From positions 52,962 to 116,961 of the forward strand of contig CACOHP010000002.1 of the NCBI GenBank assembly GCA_902627045.1: a stretch of DNA of 64,000 bases, given 5' to 3'. Source of the stretch: an uncultured Pelagibacteraceae bacterium. GTDB lineage: Bacteria; Pseudomonadota; Alphaproteobacteria; Pelagibacterales; Pelagibacteraceae. Of this stretch, positions 23,106 through 37,559 are shown piece by piece (the first letter of the stretch is position 1; each line of letters opens with the position of its first letter). The notes below the pieces were generated by a model. The model was not told where the DNA came from. It searched no databases and saw nothing but the letters and a program-made list of their open reading frames with translations. The translations under genes were made by a program, and so were the position numbers.

Positions 23106-25979
23106 TTAATCAAAAACTTTTTTTATAATTTCTTTTTGTTGAAAAATATGTCTTTTGACATATCCTGTCGCCGGTGAAGCATCAGGACTTCTTCCAATAT
23201 AAGAAATCTGATTATTATTAGCTTTTATACTATCTAATGTCCATTGGATATAGTCTCTTACTGAAAACCAAGCTCCCATATTTTTTGGTTCTTCCTGACA
23301 CCAGTAAAATTTAGCGTTTTTTGCATAAGGTTTCAATTCCTTTGTTAGGGCTTTAGCTGGAAATGGGTAAAGTTGTTCAATTCTATAAAATACTACATCA
23401 TCTCTTTCTAATTTTTCTCTTGCTTCAAGAAGATCGAAATAAATTTTACCAGAGCAAATAATCACTTTTTTAATGGCTTTTTTATTTTTCAATTTAATAA
23501 AACCTTTAAGTTTTGGATCTATTGCGTGATCCCACAAAACTCTATGAAATGTATTTTTTTTACTAAAATCCTCTAAATAAGAAATACAATACTTATGTCT
23601 CAATAACGACTTAGGTGTCATAATAATTAAAGGTTTTCTAAAATCCCTGTGCATTTGCCTTCTCAAGGCGTGAAAGTAATTTGCTGGTGTAGTGCAATTC
23701 ATAACTTGCAAATTATCATTTGAGCATAACTGCAAAAATCTCTCTAATCTTGCTGATGAATGCTCTGGACCTTGACCCTCATATCCATGCGGCAACAACA
23801 TTACTAAACCTGATGCTCTAGACCATTTTCTTTCACCAGAAGCAATAAATTGATCAATAACAACTTGAGCACCATTTGCAAAGTCACCAAATTGAGCTTC
23901 CCAAATTGTTAGTGTGTTTGGTTCAACTAAACTATAACCGTACTCAAAACCTAAAACAGCAAGCTCTGACAAAAAACTATCAACAATTTCAAAATTTTTT
24001 TGTTTTTTTGAAATATTATTCAAGGGAATATATCTTGAATTATCAATTTGATTTCTTAAAACAGAATGCCTCTGACTAAATGTTCCTCTTCCCGAATCTT
24101 GACCAACTAATCTAACTGGATAACCCTCTTCTAATAAAGAGCCAAAAGCAAGCGCCTCTGCGGTTGACCAATCAATATTTTTTTCATTAGATACGGCAAG
24201 TTTTCTGTTATCTAAAACTTTCTTAATAGTTTTATGAATATTAACACTATCTGGAATAGTATTAATTTTCTCTGAAATATCTTTTAAATTTTTTATATCT
24301 GATCCTGTAACACCTCTTTTGTCTTTACCTTTTTCTGGTTTATATCTCGACCATGTGCCTTCAAACCACTCAATTTTTGGCTTATAATTTTTCGCATCTT
24401 TAAATTGTTCATCAAGTAGTTCTCTAAATTTCTTGATTGAATTGTTCAAATATTCACTCGAAATTGACCCTTCGCTAACTAATTTTTTACCATAAACTTG
24501 TATTGAAGATGGATGGGAACGAATTTTTTTGTACATTAATGGTTGAGTAAATGAGGGCTCATCACCTTCATTGTGACCAAATCTTCTGTAACATATTAAA
24601 TCAATTACTACATCTCTATTAAATCTTAGTCTAAAATCTGTTGCAATTCTTGCTGCATAAACTACTGCTTCAGGATCGTCACCGTTGACATGAATAATAG
24701 GAGCCTCAACCATTTTTGCAATATCTGATGGATATGGAGAGGACCTGGCAAATCTTGGGCTTGTTGTAAACCCTATTTGATTATTTATTATTATATGAAT
24801 AGTTCCACCCGTGTTATGACCTGGTAAACCAGACATGGCAAAACATTCTGCAACAACTCCTTGACCTGCAAATGCTGCATCTCCATGAATTAATATTGGA
24901 ATAACTTTTTTTCTCTCTTTATCTTTGTGGAAAAATTGTTTTGCTCTTGTTTGACCCAATACTACAGGATTAACAGCTTCCAGATGAGATGGGTTGTCGG
25001 TCAAACTTACATGAACTAAGTTTCCATCAAACTCTCTGTTAGAGGAAGCCCCCAAGTGATATTTGACATCTCCCGTGTCATCTTTTGAATTTGAACTTAC
25101 CTCTCCTGCAAACTCATTAAATATTCTTTTGTAAGATTTTTGTAGGACATTTGCTAGAACATTTAGTCTACCTCTGTGAGACATTCCTATTTTAACTTCT
25201 TTAACTTTTGATTGACCACCAATCTTAATAATTTGTTCTAAAGCTGGAATTAAACTCTCACCTCCATCTAAACCAAATCTCTTAGTCCCAACGTATTTAG
25301 TGTGTAAAAATTTCTCAAAGCCCTCTGCCTGTATCAATTTGTTTAAAATTGCTTCTTTTCCATTTTGTGTAAATTGAAAATCATCTGTCTGTTCAACACG
25401 GTCTCTAAACCATTTTCTTTCTGTCGGATTTGATATATGCATATATTCATAACCCAGTGACCCACAATATTTTTCTCTTAAAAAATTAAGTATTTCAGAA
25501 ATATTTGAGAATTCTCTATTGATTACGCCGTCTAAATATATCTTTTTATTATAATCTTCTTTTTTAAATCCATAATTATCAGGGTGTAGTTCATCTAAAT
25601 AATCTGATTTCAATAGTCCAAGTGGATCCAATTTAGCAATTAAATGTCCTCTCTGTCGATACGATCTAATTAAAGCAACTGCTTTAATAGAACTGGCATT
25701 TGAGCTTAAGTTTTCAAATTCACTTTTTGCCTCAGTTTTATTATCAGAATCATTAAATCTGTTGATTGAAAATTTTTTATTAGGGCCCCATGATGGACCA
25801 TTTATTTCTTTCACAATCACATCGGCTTCATCTCCAACTTCTCTAAAATAGTTTTTCCAGCTATCTGGTAATGTTGGGTCGTTGTTAACAAATTTCATAT
25901 ACATTTCTTCAATAAAGGTATTATTAGATTTGTTTAAAAAAGCTGTTTTTTTGTAATCAAAGTTTTTTGAAGATGACAT
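23106..25979 (-). CDS. sucA: 2-oxoglutarate dehydrogenase E1
   Basis: KRFGLDG, HGDAAFAGQG, GHNEGD, WEAQFGDF; ATG at 25979 preferred over the ORF-track start at 26048. Confidence 0.97.
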   Translation of the reverse strand: MSSSKNFDYKKTAFLNKSNNTFIEEMYMKFVNNDPTLPDSWKNYFREVGDEADVIVKEINGPSWGPNKKFSINRFNDSDNKTEAKSEFENLSSNASSIKAVALIRSYRQRGHLIAKLDPLGLLKSDYLDELHPDNYGFKKEDYNKKIYLDGVINREFSNISEILNFLREKYCGSLGYEYMHISNPTERKWFRDRVEQTDDFQFTQNGKEAILNKLIQAEGFEKFLHTKYVGTKRFGLDGGESLIPALEQIIKIGGQSKVKEVKIGMSHRGRLNVLANVLQKSYKRIFNEFAGEVSSNSKDDTGDVKYHLGASSNREFDGNLVHVSLTDNPSHLEAVNPVVLGQTRAKQFFHKDKERKKVIPILIHGDAAFAGQGVVAECFAMSGLPGHNTGGTIHIIINNQIGFTTSPRFARSSPYPSDIAKMVEAPIIHVNGDDPEAVVYAARIATDFRLRFNRDVVIDLICYRRFGHNEGDEPSFTQPLMYKKIRSHPSSIQVYGKKLVSEGSISSEYLNNSIKKFRELLDEQFKDAKNYKPKIEWFEGTWSRYKPEKGKDKRGVTGSDIKNLKDISEKINTIPDSVNIHKTIKKVLDNRKLAVSNEKNIDWSTAEALAFGSLLEEGYPVRLVGQDSGRGTFSQRHSVLRNQIDNSRYIPLNNISKKQKNFEIVDSFLSELAVLGFEYGYSLVEPNTLTIWEAQFGDFANGAQVVIDQFIASGERKWSRASGLVMLLPHGYEGQGPEHSSARLERFLQLCSNDNLQVMNCTTPANYFHALRRQMHRDFRKPLIIMTPKSLLRHKYCISYLEDFSKKNTFHRVLWDHAIDPKLKGFIKLKNKKAIKKVIICSGKIYFDLLEAREKLERDDVVFYRIEQLYPFPAKALTKELKPYAKNAKFYWCQEEPKNMGAWFSVRDYIQWTLDSIKANNNQISYIGRSPDASPATGYVKRHIFQQKEIIKKVFD

Positions 25980-26013
25980 CGATAGTATTAATATAAACTT
26001 AAGAAAAATTTTT

Positions 26014-26889
26014 TCAATTAGACAATTTATCGAATAAGGTTTTTCCAATTTGTGCAGGTGAGTTTGCTATAGTTATTCCACAATTTTCCATAACTCTGAT
26101 TTTATGTTCTGCACCACCTTTACCTCCTGAGATAATAGCTCCAGCATGGCCCATTCTTCTTCCTGGAGGTGCTGTAACTCCTGCTATAAATCCAACAATT
26201 GGTTTTTTTATTTTATGATTTTTAACAAATTCTGCAGCATCTTCCTCAGCAGTTCCTCCAATTTCACCAATCATCAAAATTGACTCTGTTTCATTGTCAT
26301 TTAAAAATAAGTCTAAGCAGTCTATAAAGTTAGTGCCATTAATTGGGTCACCTCCAATTCCTATACAAGTAGATTGACCAAGTCCATTTTCTGTTGTTTG
26401 CGCAACAGCTTCATAAGTTAATGTGCCAGACCTAGAAACTATACCAACTGACCCCTTTTTATGAATACTTCCTGGCATGATGCCAATTTTACATTCGTCA
26501 GGTGTTATGATTCCAGGACAATTTGGTCCAATTAATCTGGTTTTTGATCTAGATAATTTTTGTTTCACTTTAAGCATATCTTGAACAGGTATTCCCTCTG
26601 TTATGCAAACTACAAGTTCAATTGATGCATCAATAGCTTCTATAATAGCAGCAGATGCAAACCTTGCAGGAACATAAATCATCGTTGCATTTGCCCCTAA
26701 AGAATTTTTTGCTTCTTGGACAGAATTAAAAACAGGTAGACCCAAGTGTTTTTGTCCTCCTTTATTTGGTGTAACACCACCAACTAATTTTGTTCCATAT
26801 TTGATTGCTTGTTCAGAGTGAAATGTTCCTTGAGAACCTGTAAAACCCTGACAAATTAATCTGGTATCTTTGTTGACTAGAACAGACAT
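26014..26889 (-). CDS. sucD: Succinyl-CoA synthetase alpha subunit
   Basis: [26 protein letters not shown]. Confidence 0.98.
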   Translation of the reverse strand: MSVLVNKDTRLICQGFTGSQGTFHSEQAIKYGTKLVGGVTPNKGGQKHLGLPVFNSVQEAKNSLGANATMIYVPARFASAAIIEAIDASIELVVCITEGIPVQDMLKVKQKLSRSKTRLIGPNCPGIITPDECKIGIMPGSIHKKGSVGIVSRSGTLTYEAVAQTTENGLGQSTCIGIGGDPINGTNFIDCLDLFLNDNETESILMIGEIGGTAEEDAAEFVKNHKIKKPIVGFIAGVTAPPGRRMGHAGAIISGGKGGAEHKIRVMENCGITIANSPAQIGKTLFDKLSN

Positions 26890-28049
26890 TTATTTTACTG
26901 CCTCAACAATTTTTTTTGCAGCTTCATCAAGATTATCGGCAGAAATTATTTGCAAACCAGAGTTATCCAATATTTCTTTACCTTCTTTAAAATTTGTCCC
27001 TGCCAATCTAACTATTAAAGGAACTTCAATTTTTATTTCTTTAGCAGCATCAACAACACCTTGTGCTAGAATATCACATCTCATAATTCCTCCAAAAATA
27101 TTTATTAAAATTCCTTTAACATTCTTATCTGATAGAATTATTTTAAAAGCTGCTGAAACTTTTTCTTTGGATGCTCCGCCACCTACGTCTAAAAAATTTG
27201 CTGGTTCCTCACCGTATAACTTAATTATATCCATGGTAGCCATTGCTAAACCCGCACCATTAACCATGCAACCAATGCTTCCATTTAATTTTATATAAGA
27301 CAAACCATGTTTGCTAGCTTCTATTTCAGTTTGATTTTCCTCGTTGAGATCTCTTAGTTCTAAAATTTCTGGTTGTCTGAATAAAGCATTGCTATCAAAG
27401 TTAACTTTTGCATCTAAACATATAATTTTTTTTTCTTTTGTTAAAATTAAAGGATTTATTTCAATCATATTTGCATCAATTTTTGTAAACATCTTAAAAA
27501 TTGATTTAACTAGTAAGATTGCTTGATTTTTTGAATCATTATTTAAATTAAAAATCTTTATGACCTTTTCACACTCTTCGTTTGTAATTTCCTCAATTTT
27601 ATCGACTTTGGTTGTTGAAATTTTCTTTGGAAATTTCGCAGCAACTTCTTCTATGTTCATTCCTCCCTGATCACTTGAAATAAACGCAATTTTTGAGTTT
27701 GCTCTATCTATAAGGCAAGATAAATAAAATTCTTTTTCAATAGTTGATGAAGCTTCAACGTATAGTCTTTTTACCTCCCGTCCCTCTGGACCAGTTTGTT
27801 TGGTTACTAGCTTTTTTCCTAATAATTCTTTGGCGGATTTTTCAAGTTCTGTCAGACTATCTAGTATCTTTACTCCACCAGCCTTTCCTCTACCTCCTGC
27901 ATGAATTTGTGCTTTAAGCACGTATTTATCCGTTTTTAATGAACTGCATCTTTTTAAAAGTTCCTCAACTGTGAAAGCAAAAATTCCTTCGGGCACTACT
28001 GCGCCAAACTTTTTTAAAAGTTGTTTAGCTTGGTGTTCGTGTATATTCA

Positions 28050-28050
<1 letters not shown>
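26890..28050 (-). CDS. sucC: Succinyl-CoA synthetase beta subunit
   Basis: [40 protein letters not shown]. Confidence 0.98.
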
Positions 28051-30511
<2,461 letters not shown>

Positions 30512-30553
30512 GAATAGGATCTTTTAGATTAAAAACTCTTATTAGTCTATTGT

Positions 30554-31333
30554 TTAAATATTAGCTGTAGCTAACATTTTTTTTATCTCAGCAATAGCTT
30601 TTGCCGGGTTTAAACCTTTTGGACAAGCGCTAGTGCAGTTCATAATTGTATGACATCTATAAAGTTTTAATTCATCTGCAACTTTTTTCAATCTAGCTTT
30701 TCTTTCTTCGTCTCTACTGTCTACGATCCATCTATACGCTTGTAATAAAACTGCTGGACCTAAATATTTGTCTCCGTTCCACCAATAACTTGGGCAAGAT
30801 GTTGAACAACAGGCACACATGATACATTCATAGGCACCATCTAATTTTGCCCTTTCCTCTTTAGATTGAATTATTTCATTTGTTTGCGACTTTGAATTAG
30901 TCTTTAACCATGGTTCTATAGATTGATATTGTTTATACAATCCATCTAGATCACCAATTAAATCTTTTTTCACTTTTAAATGCGGTAATGGGTAAATGTC
31001 AATATCACCATCAATTTCCTCATGAGGGGTAGTACATGCTAAACCATTTTTACCACCCATATTCATAGCACATGAACCACAAACACCATGTGCACAGGAT
31101 CTTCTATAAGCTAATGTTGGATCAATCTCATTTTTAATTTTATTTAAAATATCTAATACCTTAGACGGACAGTTATCCATATCAACCTCGTAACTATCAA
31201 TACGAGGATTTTCACCATCGGATGGATCCCACCTATAAATATTAACTTTTCTCAAGTTTTTTGAGCCAGTCTTATCCTTAAAATATTTACCTTTCTTAAC
31301 TTGTGAGTCTTTAGGTAAATTAATTTGTACCAT
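30554..31333 (-). CDS. sdhB: Succinate dehydrogenase iron-sulfur subunit
   Basis: [32 protein letters not shown]; ATG at 31333 coupled to the sdhA TGA. Confidence 0.97.
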   Translation of the reverse strand: MVQINLPKDSQVKKGKYFKDKTGSKNLRKVNIYRWDPSDGENPRIDSYEVDMDNCPSKVLDILNKIKNEIDPTLAYRRSCAHGVCGSCAMNMGGKNGLACTTPHEEIDGDIDIYPLPHLKVKKDLIGDLDGLYKQYQSIEPWLKTNSKSQTNEIIQSKEERAKLDGAYECIMCACCSTSCPSYWWNGDKYLGPAVLLQAYRWIVDSRDEERKARLKKVADELKLYRCHTIMNCTSACPKGLNPAKAIAEIKKMLATANI

Positions 31334-33108
31334 CAATATACTCTTTCTTGGGGTGGAAAATATTGAACATCATTCGTTAATGTAGACTTATGAACCTCTC
31401 TATAACTTATTTTTGTATCTTTTCCATTACACCAAGCAAGTGTATGTTGCATAAATTTCTTATCATCTCTTTTTGGGTAATCTTCTCTTGCATGAGCACC
31501 TCGACTCTCTTTTCTATTGTATGCTGAATCAACAGTAACAACTGCTTGCCTTATCAAATTATCAAATTCGAGTGTCTCCACCAGGTCAGTATTAAATATG
31601 AGTGATTTATCTTTTACGGAAATAGATTCTAAACCATCATAAGTCTTTCTAATATCGTTAACACCTTCTTTTAAGGTCTTTTCTGTTCTAAAGACTGCAC
31701 ATTTTGATTGCATTGTTTTTTGCATTGATTGTCTTAATTCTGCTGTTCCAATATCACCTTTAGCATTTCTCAATTTATCAAAACGATCTAGACATTTTTG
31801 AGTTTCTGACTCATTTAATTCTTCATGTAGTGTCCCTGGTTTTATAAGTTCGGCTGCTCTTTTGGCAGCTGCTCTACCAAACACTACTAAATCAATCAAA
31901 GAGTTTGAGCCCAATCTATTTGCACCATGAACTGAAACACATGCTGCTTCTCCAATTGCCATTAATCCAGGAACTGTTTTTTCTGAGCCATTTACTGTTA
32001 AAACCTCCGCTTTGTAATTTGTGGGAATACCGCCCATATTGTAATGAACAGTTGGAACAACTGGAATTGGTTCTTTCGTAACGTCAACGTTTGCAAACAA
32101 CCTTGCGGCATCTGTTATACCTGGCAATCTACTTTCAATAATATCTTTATCTAGATGACTTAAATTTAAATGAACATGATCTTGTTCCTTTCCAACACCT
32201 CTACCTTCATTAATTTCAATTGACATTGATCTACTAACAACGTCTCTTGATGCCAAATCTTTTGCTTTTGGTGCATATCTTTCCATAAATCTTTCACCTT
32301 TAGAATTTGTTAGATATCCTCCTTCGCCTCTTGCACCCTCTGTTATCAGTGTCCCGTGACCATAAATACCTGTGGGATGAAACTGAACAAACTCCATATC
32401 TTGAAGAGGTAGTCCTGCCCTCAAAACCATAGCATTACCATCTCCTGTGCAAGTATGAGCTGATGTTGCAGAGTAGTAAACTTTCCCGTAACCACCTGTT
32501 GCTATAATTACTATGTGAGCTCTAAATCTATGAATAGTCCCATCATTTAAATTCCAAGCAAGCAATCCTTTGCAGGCTCCGTCTTTCATTAATAAATCTA
32601 ATGCAAAATATTCAATAAAAAATTCTGTTTTGTGTTTTAAAGCTTGTCCATATAATGTGTGTAAAATCGCATGGCCTGTTCTATCAGCAGCAGCACAAGT
32701 TCTTTGGACTATTCCATTTCCATAATCTTTTGTCATTCCACCAAAAGGTCTTTGATAAATTTTTCCATCATCTGTCCTACTAAACGGCACACCATATTTT
32801 TCTAATTCTATCACTGCTTTTGGAGCTTCTTTACAAAGATACTCAATACTATCTTGATCACCTAACCAGTCTGCACCTTTAACTGTATCGTACATGTGCC
32901 AACGCCAATCATCTTCCCCCATATTTCCTAAAGCTGCTGATATTCCTCCCTGAGCAGCAGAGGTGTGACTTCTGGTTGGAAATACTTTGGATACACACGC
33001 AGTTTTTAGTCCAGCCTCACTTAGTCCAACTGCAGCTCTTAATCCCGAGCCACCTGCGCCTAGTACTACAACGTCGTATTCATGGTCAATTACTTTATAA
33101 GTACTCAT
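31333..33108 (-). CDS. sdhA: Succinate dehydrogenase flavoprotein subunit
   Basis: [34 protein letters not shown]. Confidence 0.98.
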   Translation of the reverse strand: MSTYKVIDHEYDVVVLGAGGSGLRAAVGLSEAGLKTACVSKVFPTRSHTSAAQGGISAALGNMGEDDWRWHMYDTVKGADWLGDQDSIEYLCKEAPKAVIELEKYGVPFSRTDDGKIYQRPFGGMTKDYGNGIVQRTCAAADRTGHAILHTLYGQALKHKTEFFIEYFALDLLMKDGACKGLLAWNLNDGTIHRFRAHIVIIATGGYGKVYYSATSAHTCTGDGNAMVLRAGLPLQDMEFVQFHPTGIYGHGTLITEGARGEGGYLTNSKGERFMERYAPKAKDLASRDVVSRSMSIEINEGRGVGKEQDHVHLNLSHLDKDIIESRLPGITDAARLFANVDVTKEPIPVVPTVHYNMGGIPTNYKAEVLTVNGSEKTVPGLMAIGEAACVSVHGANRLGSNSLIDLVVFGRAAAKRAAELIKPGTLHEELNESETQKCLDRFDKLRNAKGDIGTAELRQSMQKTMQSKCAVFRTEKTLKEGVNDIRKTYDGLESISVKDKSLIFNTDLVETLEFDNLIRQAVVTVDSAYNRKESRGAHAREDYPKRDDKKFMQHTLAWCNGKDTKISYREVHKSTLTNDVQYFPPQERVY

Positions 33109-33109
33109 A

Positions 33110-33427
33110 TTAATTTATTAGTATAATTGTAATTAAAGGAATTACCACCGCCGAAATATATAAAAGCTTATTTGCGACATTTTTGATTTTATCCTCTGTA
33201 ACATAGTCCTCAAAAACCTCGCTTATACTCAATGCAGAAAAGAAATAGGCATTTATAATGAAGATACAAAATAAAAATTTAGATAATGGATTTGAAAAGA
33301 AACTTATAAAATCGACATAATTCTTATCATAAATGTTTATAAAATTTATAATAAACCACAGCATTAATGGAACTAGCAATGCACCGCTAATTTTTAGAAA
33401 TATCCATTTTTTTGTGGCGTTTATCAT
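33110..33427 (-). CDS. sdhD: Succinate dehydrogenase membrane anchor SdhD (no His in the protein)
   Basis: Three TM helices, EDY quinone-site motif, located between sdhC and sdhA. Confidence 0.85.
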   Translation of the reverse strand: MINATKKWIFLKISGALLVPLMLWFIINFINIYDKNYVDFISFFSNPLSKFLFCIFIINAYFFSALSISEVFEDYVTEDKIKNVANKLLYISAVVIPLITIILIN

Positions 33428-33428
33428 T

Positions 33429-33812
33429 TTAAATAAAATTTTTTCCGATTAAATAAAAAGCAATTGTTAAAATTATAGAACCAAGTATTACTACTAATCC
33501 AGTTATCTTAGTTATATATAATTCAAACCCGTAACCTAAATCCATAATTAAGTGTCTTATTTCACTTAATATTTGGAATGAAAAAGACCATGTTAAACCT
33601 AGGATAATAAATTTGCCAAATTTTGAATTCAACAATAGATTTATAGTTTCATAATTGCTTTCACTAATAGAGATTAATGAAACCCATAAACAGATTAAAG
33701 TGATCGCAATTATATTTATTATTCCAGTAATTCTATGCGATATGGATACTAAAGATGAAATATGCCATCTATAAATTTGAATATGTGGAGATAATGGTTT
33801 TTTATTTTCCAT
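33429..33812 (-). CDS. sdhC: Succinate dehydrogenase membrane anchor SdhC
   Basis: PLSPH..IY, SISHRITG, IRHL..D motifs. Confidence 0.93.
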   Translation of the reverse strand: MENKKPLSPHIQIYRWHISSLVSISHRITGIINIIAITLICLWVSLISISESNYETINLLLNSKFGKFIILGLTWSFSFQILSEIRHLIMDLGYGFELYITKITGLVVILGSIILTIAFYLIGKNFI

Positions 33813-34809
33813 AAAAATTATTTTTAATCAACGTTTCTGCTATTTCAACGGCATTCAAAGCTGCGCCCCTTAAAAGATTGTCAGAAACAATCCATATGTT
33901 TAAACCATTCTTTATTGACTTGTCCTCCCTAATTCTTGATATAAAAGTTTCTTCTCTCCCTTCAGCTTCTAGAGGAGTTGTGTATCCACCATCATTTCTT
34001 TCATCTATGACCTTGCAACCTTCAAAATTTTCTAAAGCTTGTCTTATTTCTTTCAAAGAAAAAGATTTTTCAAATTCTAAATTAACTGACTCTGAGTGGG
34101 ATACTAATATTGGCAATCTTACACAAGTTGCTGTTAAATGAATTTTACTATCTAAGATTTTCATAGTTTCATTTGTCATTTTTAGCTCTTCTTTTGTATA
34201 TCCATCATTTGAGAAAATATCGATATGTGGAATAGCATTAAAGGCTATTTGTTTAGTAAAATTTTTTGATTTAACATTTTTACCCTGTAAAATTAATTTT
34301 GTTTGATCAAGTAGCTCATCCATTGGTGCTTTTCCACCTCCAGAAACAGATTGGTATGTCGAAACGACTACTCTTTTAATGGTAAACAAATCATGCAAGG
34401 GTTTTAAAGCAATAACTAATTGAGCTGTTGAGCAATTAGGATTTGCGATAATATTTTTTTTAATACTATTCAAATGATTAGAATTTACTTGAGGAACTAT
34501 TAATGGCACATCAGGATCCATTCTAAAGTAACTAGAATTATCAATTACCAAACATTTTTTTGCAGCTTTTTCTGCAAATTTCTCTGAAATTTTTCCACCT
34601 GCAGCAAAAAAGGCAATCTTTACTTTTGAAAAATCAAAATTTTCAAGATTGGTCACTTCTATTTCTTTATTTTTAAAATTTATTTTTTTACCCACACTTT
34701 TTGACGAAGCAACTAAATATAGATTTTCAAACTGAAGTTCTTTTTTTTCCAAAACTTCAAGTGTTTTTCTGCCAACATTACCTGTTGCCCCTACTATTAC
34801 AATATTCAT
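33802..34809 (-). CDS. asd: Aspartate-semialdehyde dehydrogenase
   Basis: GATGNVG, DNSS.FRM, NPNCST, TYQSVSG, DNLLRGAA. Confidence 0.97.
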   Translation of the reverse strand: MNIVIVGATGNVGRKTLEVLEKKELQFENLYLVASSKSVGKKINFKNKEIEVTNLENFDFSKVKIAFFAAGGKISEKFAEKAAKKCLVIDNSSYFRMDPDVPLIVPQVNSNHLNSIKKNIIANPNCSTAQLVIALKPLHDLFTIKRVVVSTYQSVSGGGKAPMDELLDQTKLILQGKNVKSKNFTKQIAFNAIPHIDIFSNDGYTKEELKMTNETMKILDSKIHLTATCVRLPILVSHSESVNLEFEKSFSLKEIRQALENFEGCKVIDERNDGGYTTPLEAEGREETFISRIREDKSIKNGLNIWIVSDNLLRGAALNAVEIAETLIKNNFYGK

Positions 34810-34824
34810 GGTTTAAGTTTTATA

Positions 34825-35934
34825 CTAGATGAAAGGTAAATCGCAAACTTTTACAACTATCGAATTTCCCTCAATTTCGATAATTCCAGATGTCGAAACT
34901 TTACAATATGGCTCCTTTATCATGGCTATACCAATAACTTTTTTAAAATGTGGTGAGAAACATGCAGATCTAAGTTCACCAATTAAAGACCCTTTATTAT
35001 CTTTGATTTCTAAGGATTTAGTCAAAGATATTTGATTTAAATCTATTTGGACACCCATTAATTTTCTTTTTACCCCTTTTTTTTGAATTTCAATCAACTT
35101 ATCTTTACCTAAAAAGACAACACTAGATTCTAAGTTAACATATTTGTCAAAACCACATTCAAATGGATTGTCATTATTATCAAAATCATTACCATATGAA
35201 AGTAGGCCGCTTTCAATCCTCTCAATTAAATTAGGACAGCCAGGTTTAATGTTAAATTCTTTTCCAACCTCAAATAGTTGGTCATATAACTCTAAACCAG
35301 AATTAGTATTTTCTACATAAACTTCAAAACCACCTTGTTTTGACCACCCTGATCTTGCAATTAAATGTTTTACTCCTTTAAAATCAAAATAATCAAAACC
35401 AAAAAATTTTAATTCTTTTATTTTTTGTCCAAAAATTTTTTCCATTAAATCAAAAGATTTTGGTCCTTGAATTGCTAAAATATCAACTCTTGGCTCGAAT
35501 ATTTTCACGTCAAATTTATTTCCTGTGGCTAAACCTTTGGCAAAGAAAATTACATCTGAGTCAGCAATAGAAATCCACCACCTATCTTCTGCTAACTTTA
35601 GAATAACCGGGTCATTTACTAAGTTACCATTTTCATCTATTAAAGGGCAATAATAACATCTTCCAATTTTAGATTTCGATAAGTCTCTACACGTCATTAA
35701 TTGGACTAACGTTGCTGCGTCTTTACCTATTATTTCAACCTGTCTTTCAGCTGCAACGTCCCAAACTTGGACATTTTTTTTTAAATGATCGCACGAGTCT
35801 TCTAGAGATCCAAAAGCTGCAGGCAAGAGCATATGGTTGTAAACTGTATAAGCAGTAACTCCTTGTTTCTCTATTCTTGATGTATAAGGTGAACTTCTTA
35901 CTCTTCTAGATTTAACTATGGGAAAACCTTTCAT
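34825..35934 (-). CDS. dmdA: DMSP demethylase (GcvT family)
   Basis: [49 protein letters not shown] motifs typical of DmdA; clustered with dmdB and dmdC. Confidence 0.9.
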   Translation of the reverse strand: MKGFPIVKSRRVRSSPYTSRIEKQGVTAYTVYNHMLLPAAFGSLEDSCDHLKKNVQVWDVAAERQVEIIGKDAATLVQLMTCRDLSKSKIGRCYYCPLIDENGNLVNDPVILKLAEDRWWISIADSDVIFFAKGLATGNKFDVKIFEPRVDILAIQGPKSFDLMEKIFGQKIKELKFFGFDYFDFKGVKHLIARSGWSKQGGFEVYVENTNSGLELYDQLFEVGKEFNIKPGCPNLIERIESGLLSYGNDFDNNDNPFECGFDKYVNLESSVVFLGKDKLIEIQKKGVKRKLMGVQIDLNQISLTKSLEIKDNKGSLIGELRSACFSPHFKKVIGIAMIKEPYCKVSTSGIIEIEGNSIVVKVCDLPFI

Positions 35935-35941
35935 TTATTAC

Positions 35942-37558
35942 CTAAAATTTTTTTCTTAATTCAAATTTTTGAATTTTACCTGTTGATGTCTTGGGTAACT
36001 CGCAAAAGACAACCTGCTTTGGCACTTTAAATCCAGCCAAAGTTTCTTTGCAGAAACTGATAAGTTCTTCTTCTGTAACAGGTTTGTCTTTGACCATCTC
36101 AATAAATGCACATGGTACTTCGCCCCATTTATCATCAGGTTTAGCAACAACTGCTGCAATTGATACTGAGGGATGTTTCGCCAAAGTGTTTTCTATTTCA
36201 ATTGAGGATATATTTTCACCACCAGATATAATAATATCTTTTGACCTATCTTGAATTTTTACATATCCATCTGGATGCATGACTGCTAAATCACCAGAGT
36301 GAAACCATCCTCCACTCATGGCTTTGTTTGTTGCATCTTTATCTTTAAAATAACCTTTCATAACTACATTTCCTTTAATCATAATTTCACCTATTGTTTT
36401 TCCGTCTTTTGGGACCTCTTTCATGGTTTCTGGGTCCATAACTGATATCCCTTCTGTATTAGGGTACCTAACTCCCTGTCTAGCTTTAATTTCATTTTGT
36501 TTTTCCTCATCAAAATCGTTCCATTCATCGTTCCATGCACATTGGGTGACGTGCCCATAAGTTTCTGTCAATCCATACACGTGCATAACCTCAAATCCAA
36601 GTTCTTTCATTTTTTTAAATATAATACTTGGTGGTGGGGCTCCAGCAGTCAAAACGAAAACTTTTTGTTTCAATTTTTTTCTATCTGCCTCAGGAGCACC
36701 TGTTATCATATTTAATACAATTGGCGCACCTCCAAAATGAGTTATCTTATATTTATCAATTAATTCAAAAATTTTTTTTATATCTATATTTCTTAAACAA
36801 ATAGTTTTTCCATTCAACATTGGTATAGTCCAGGGATAGCCCCAACCATTACAGTGGAACATTGGCACTATAGTCAAGAAATTTAATCTATTAGGCATGT
36901 TCCAAGCAACGGCGCTTCCAGTAGACATTAAATATGATCCTCTGTGATGGTAAACCACTCCCTTAGGGTTTCCTGTAGTTCCCGACGTATAGCTAAGTGA
37001 TATTGCTTGCCATTCATCATCTGGCATTTTCCAATCAAAATTTTCATCACCACTATTTAAAAAGCTTTCATATTCCAACTCACCAATTTTTTCACACTTT
37101 GACTGATCTGCAAATTTATCAACTATATCAATAATAGTAATTTTTTTCTTGATATTTTTTAGAGCTTTTTTTACTTCAACATGAAGCTGTCTATCAACTA
37201 CTAACACTTTAGCCTCGCTATGATCTAAGATGTAAGAAATAGTTTTAGCATCTAACCTAATATTAATTGTATTTAAGACTGCACCTGTCATTGGAACTGA
37301 ATAGTGGCCTTCAAAAATTTCTGGAGTATTAAAAGCTAGAAATGATACTGTATCACCCTTTTTAATACCAATTTTATTTAGTGCACTTGCAAATTTAATA
37401 GTGCGCTTATAAATCTCAGCCCAAGAATATTTCCTATCCTCATAAACAACAGCCTCATAGTTTGGATAAATTTCTTTAGCTCTTTTTAAAAAGGTTAGAG
37501 GTGTTAAAGGAACATAATTAGCCTTATTTTTGTCTAAATTAGTTTCGTAGTGACTCAT
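35942..37558 (-). CDS. dmdB: Acyl-CoA synthetase, probable MMPA-CoA ligase
   Basis: YTSGTTGNPKG, HVYGLTE, GWFHSGD, LPKTSTGK; lies between dmdC and dmdA. Confidence 0.82.
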   Translation of the reverse strand: MSHYETNLDKNKANYVPLTPLTFLKRAKEIYPNYEAVVYEDRKYSWAEIYKRTIKFASALNKIGIKKGDTVSFLAFNTPEIFEGHYSVPMTGAVLNTINIRLDAKTISYILDHSEAKVLVVDRQLHVEVKKALKNIKKKITIIDIVDKFADQSKCEKIGELEYESFLNSGDENFDWKMPDDEWQAISLSYTSGTTGNPKGVVYHHRGSYLMSTGSAVAWNMPNRLNFLTIVPMFHCNGWGYPWTIPMLNGKTICLRNIDIKKIFELIDKYKITHFGGAPIVLNMITGAPEADRKKLKQKVFVLTAGAPPPSIIFKKMKELGFEVMHVYGLTETYGHVTQCAWNDEWNDFDEEKQNEIKARQGVRYPNTEGISVMDPETMKEVPKDGKTIGEIMIKGNVVMKGYFKDKDATNKAMSGGWFHSGDLAVMHPDGYVKIQDRSKDIIISGGENISSIEIENTLAKHPSVSIAAVVAKPDDKWGEVPCAFIEMVKDKPVTEEELISFCKETLAGFKVPKQVVFCELPKTSTGKIQKFELRKKF

Positions 37559-37559
37559 A

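Noticed and set aside
25980-26048. Long N-terminal extensions from the ORF track (sucA; likewise rplU, ctpA, ffh, rplS, oxidase paralog B, pagL-like)
   Set aside because: Artefacts of choosing the most upstream alternative start; downstream ATGs match family N-termini or coupling overlaps
34825-35934. GcvT-family gene as glycine cleavage T protein
   Set aside because: DmdA-type motifs and dmdB/dmdC neighbours; no gcvH or gcvP nearby
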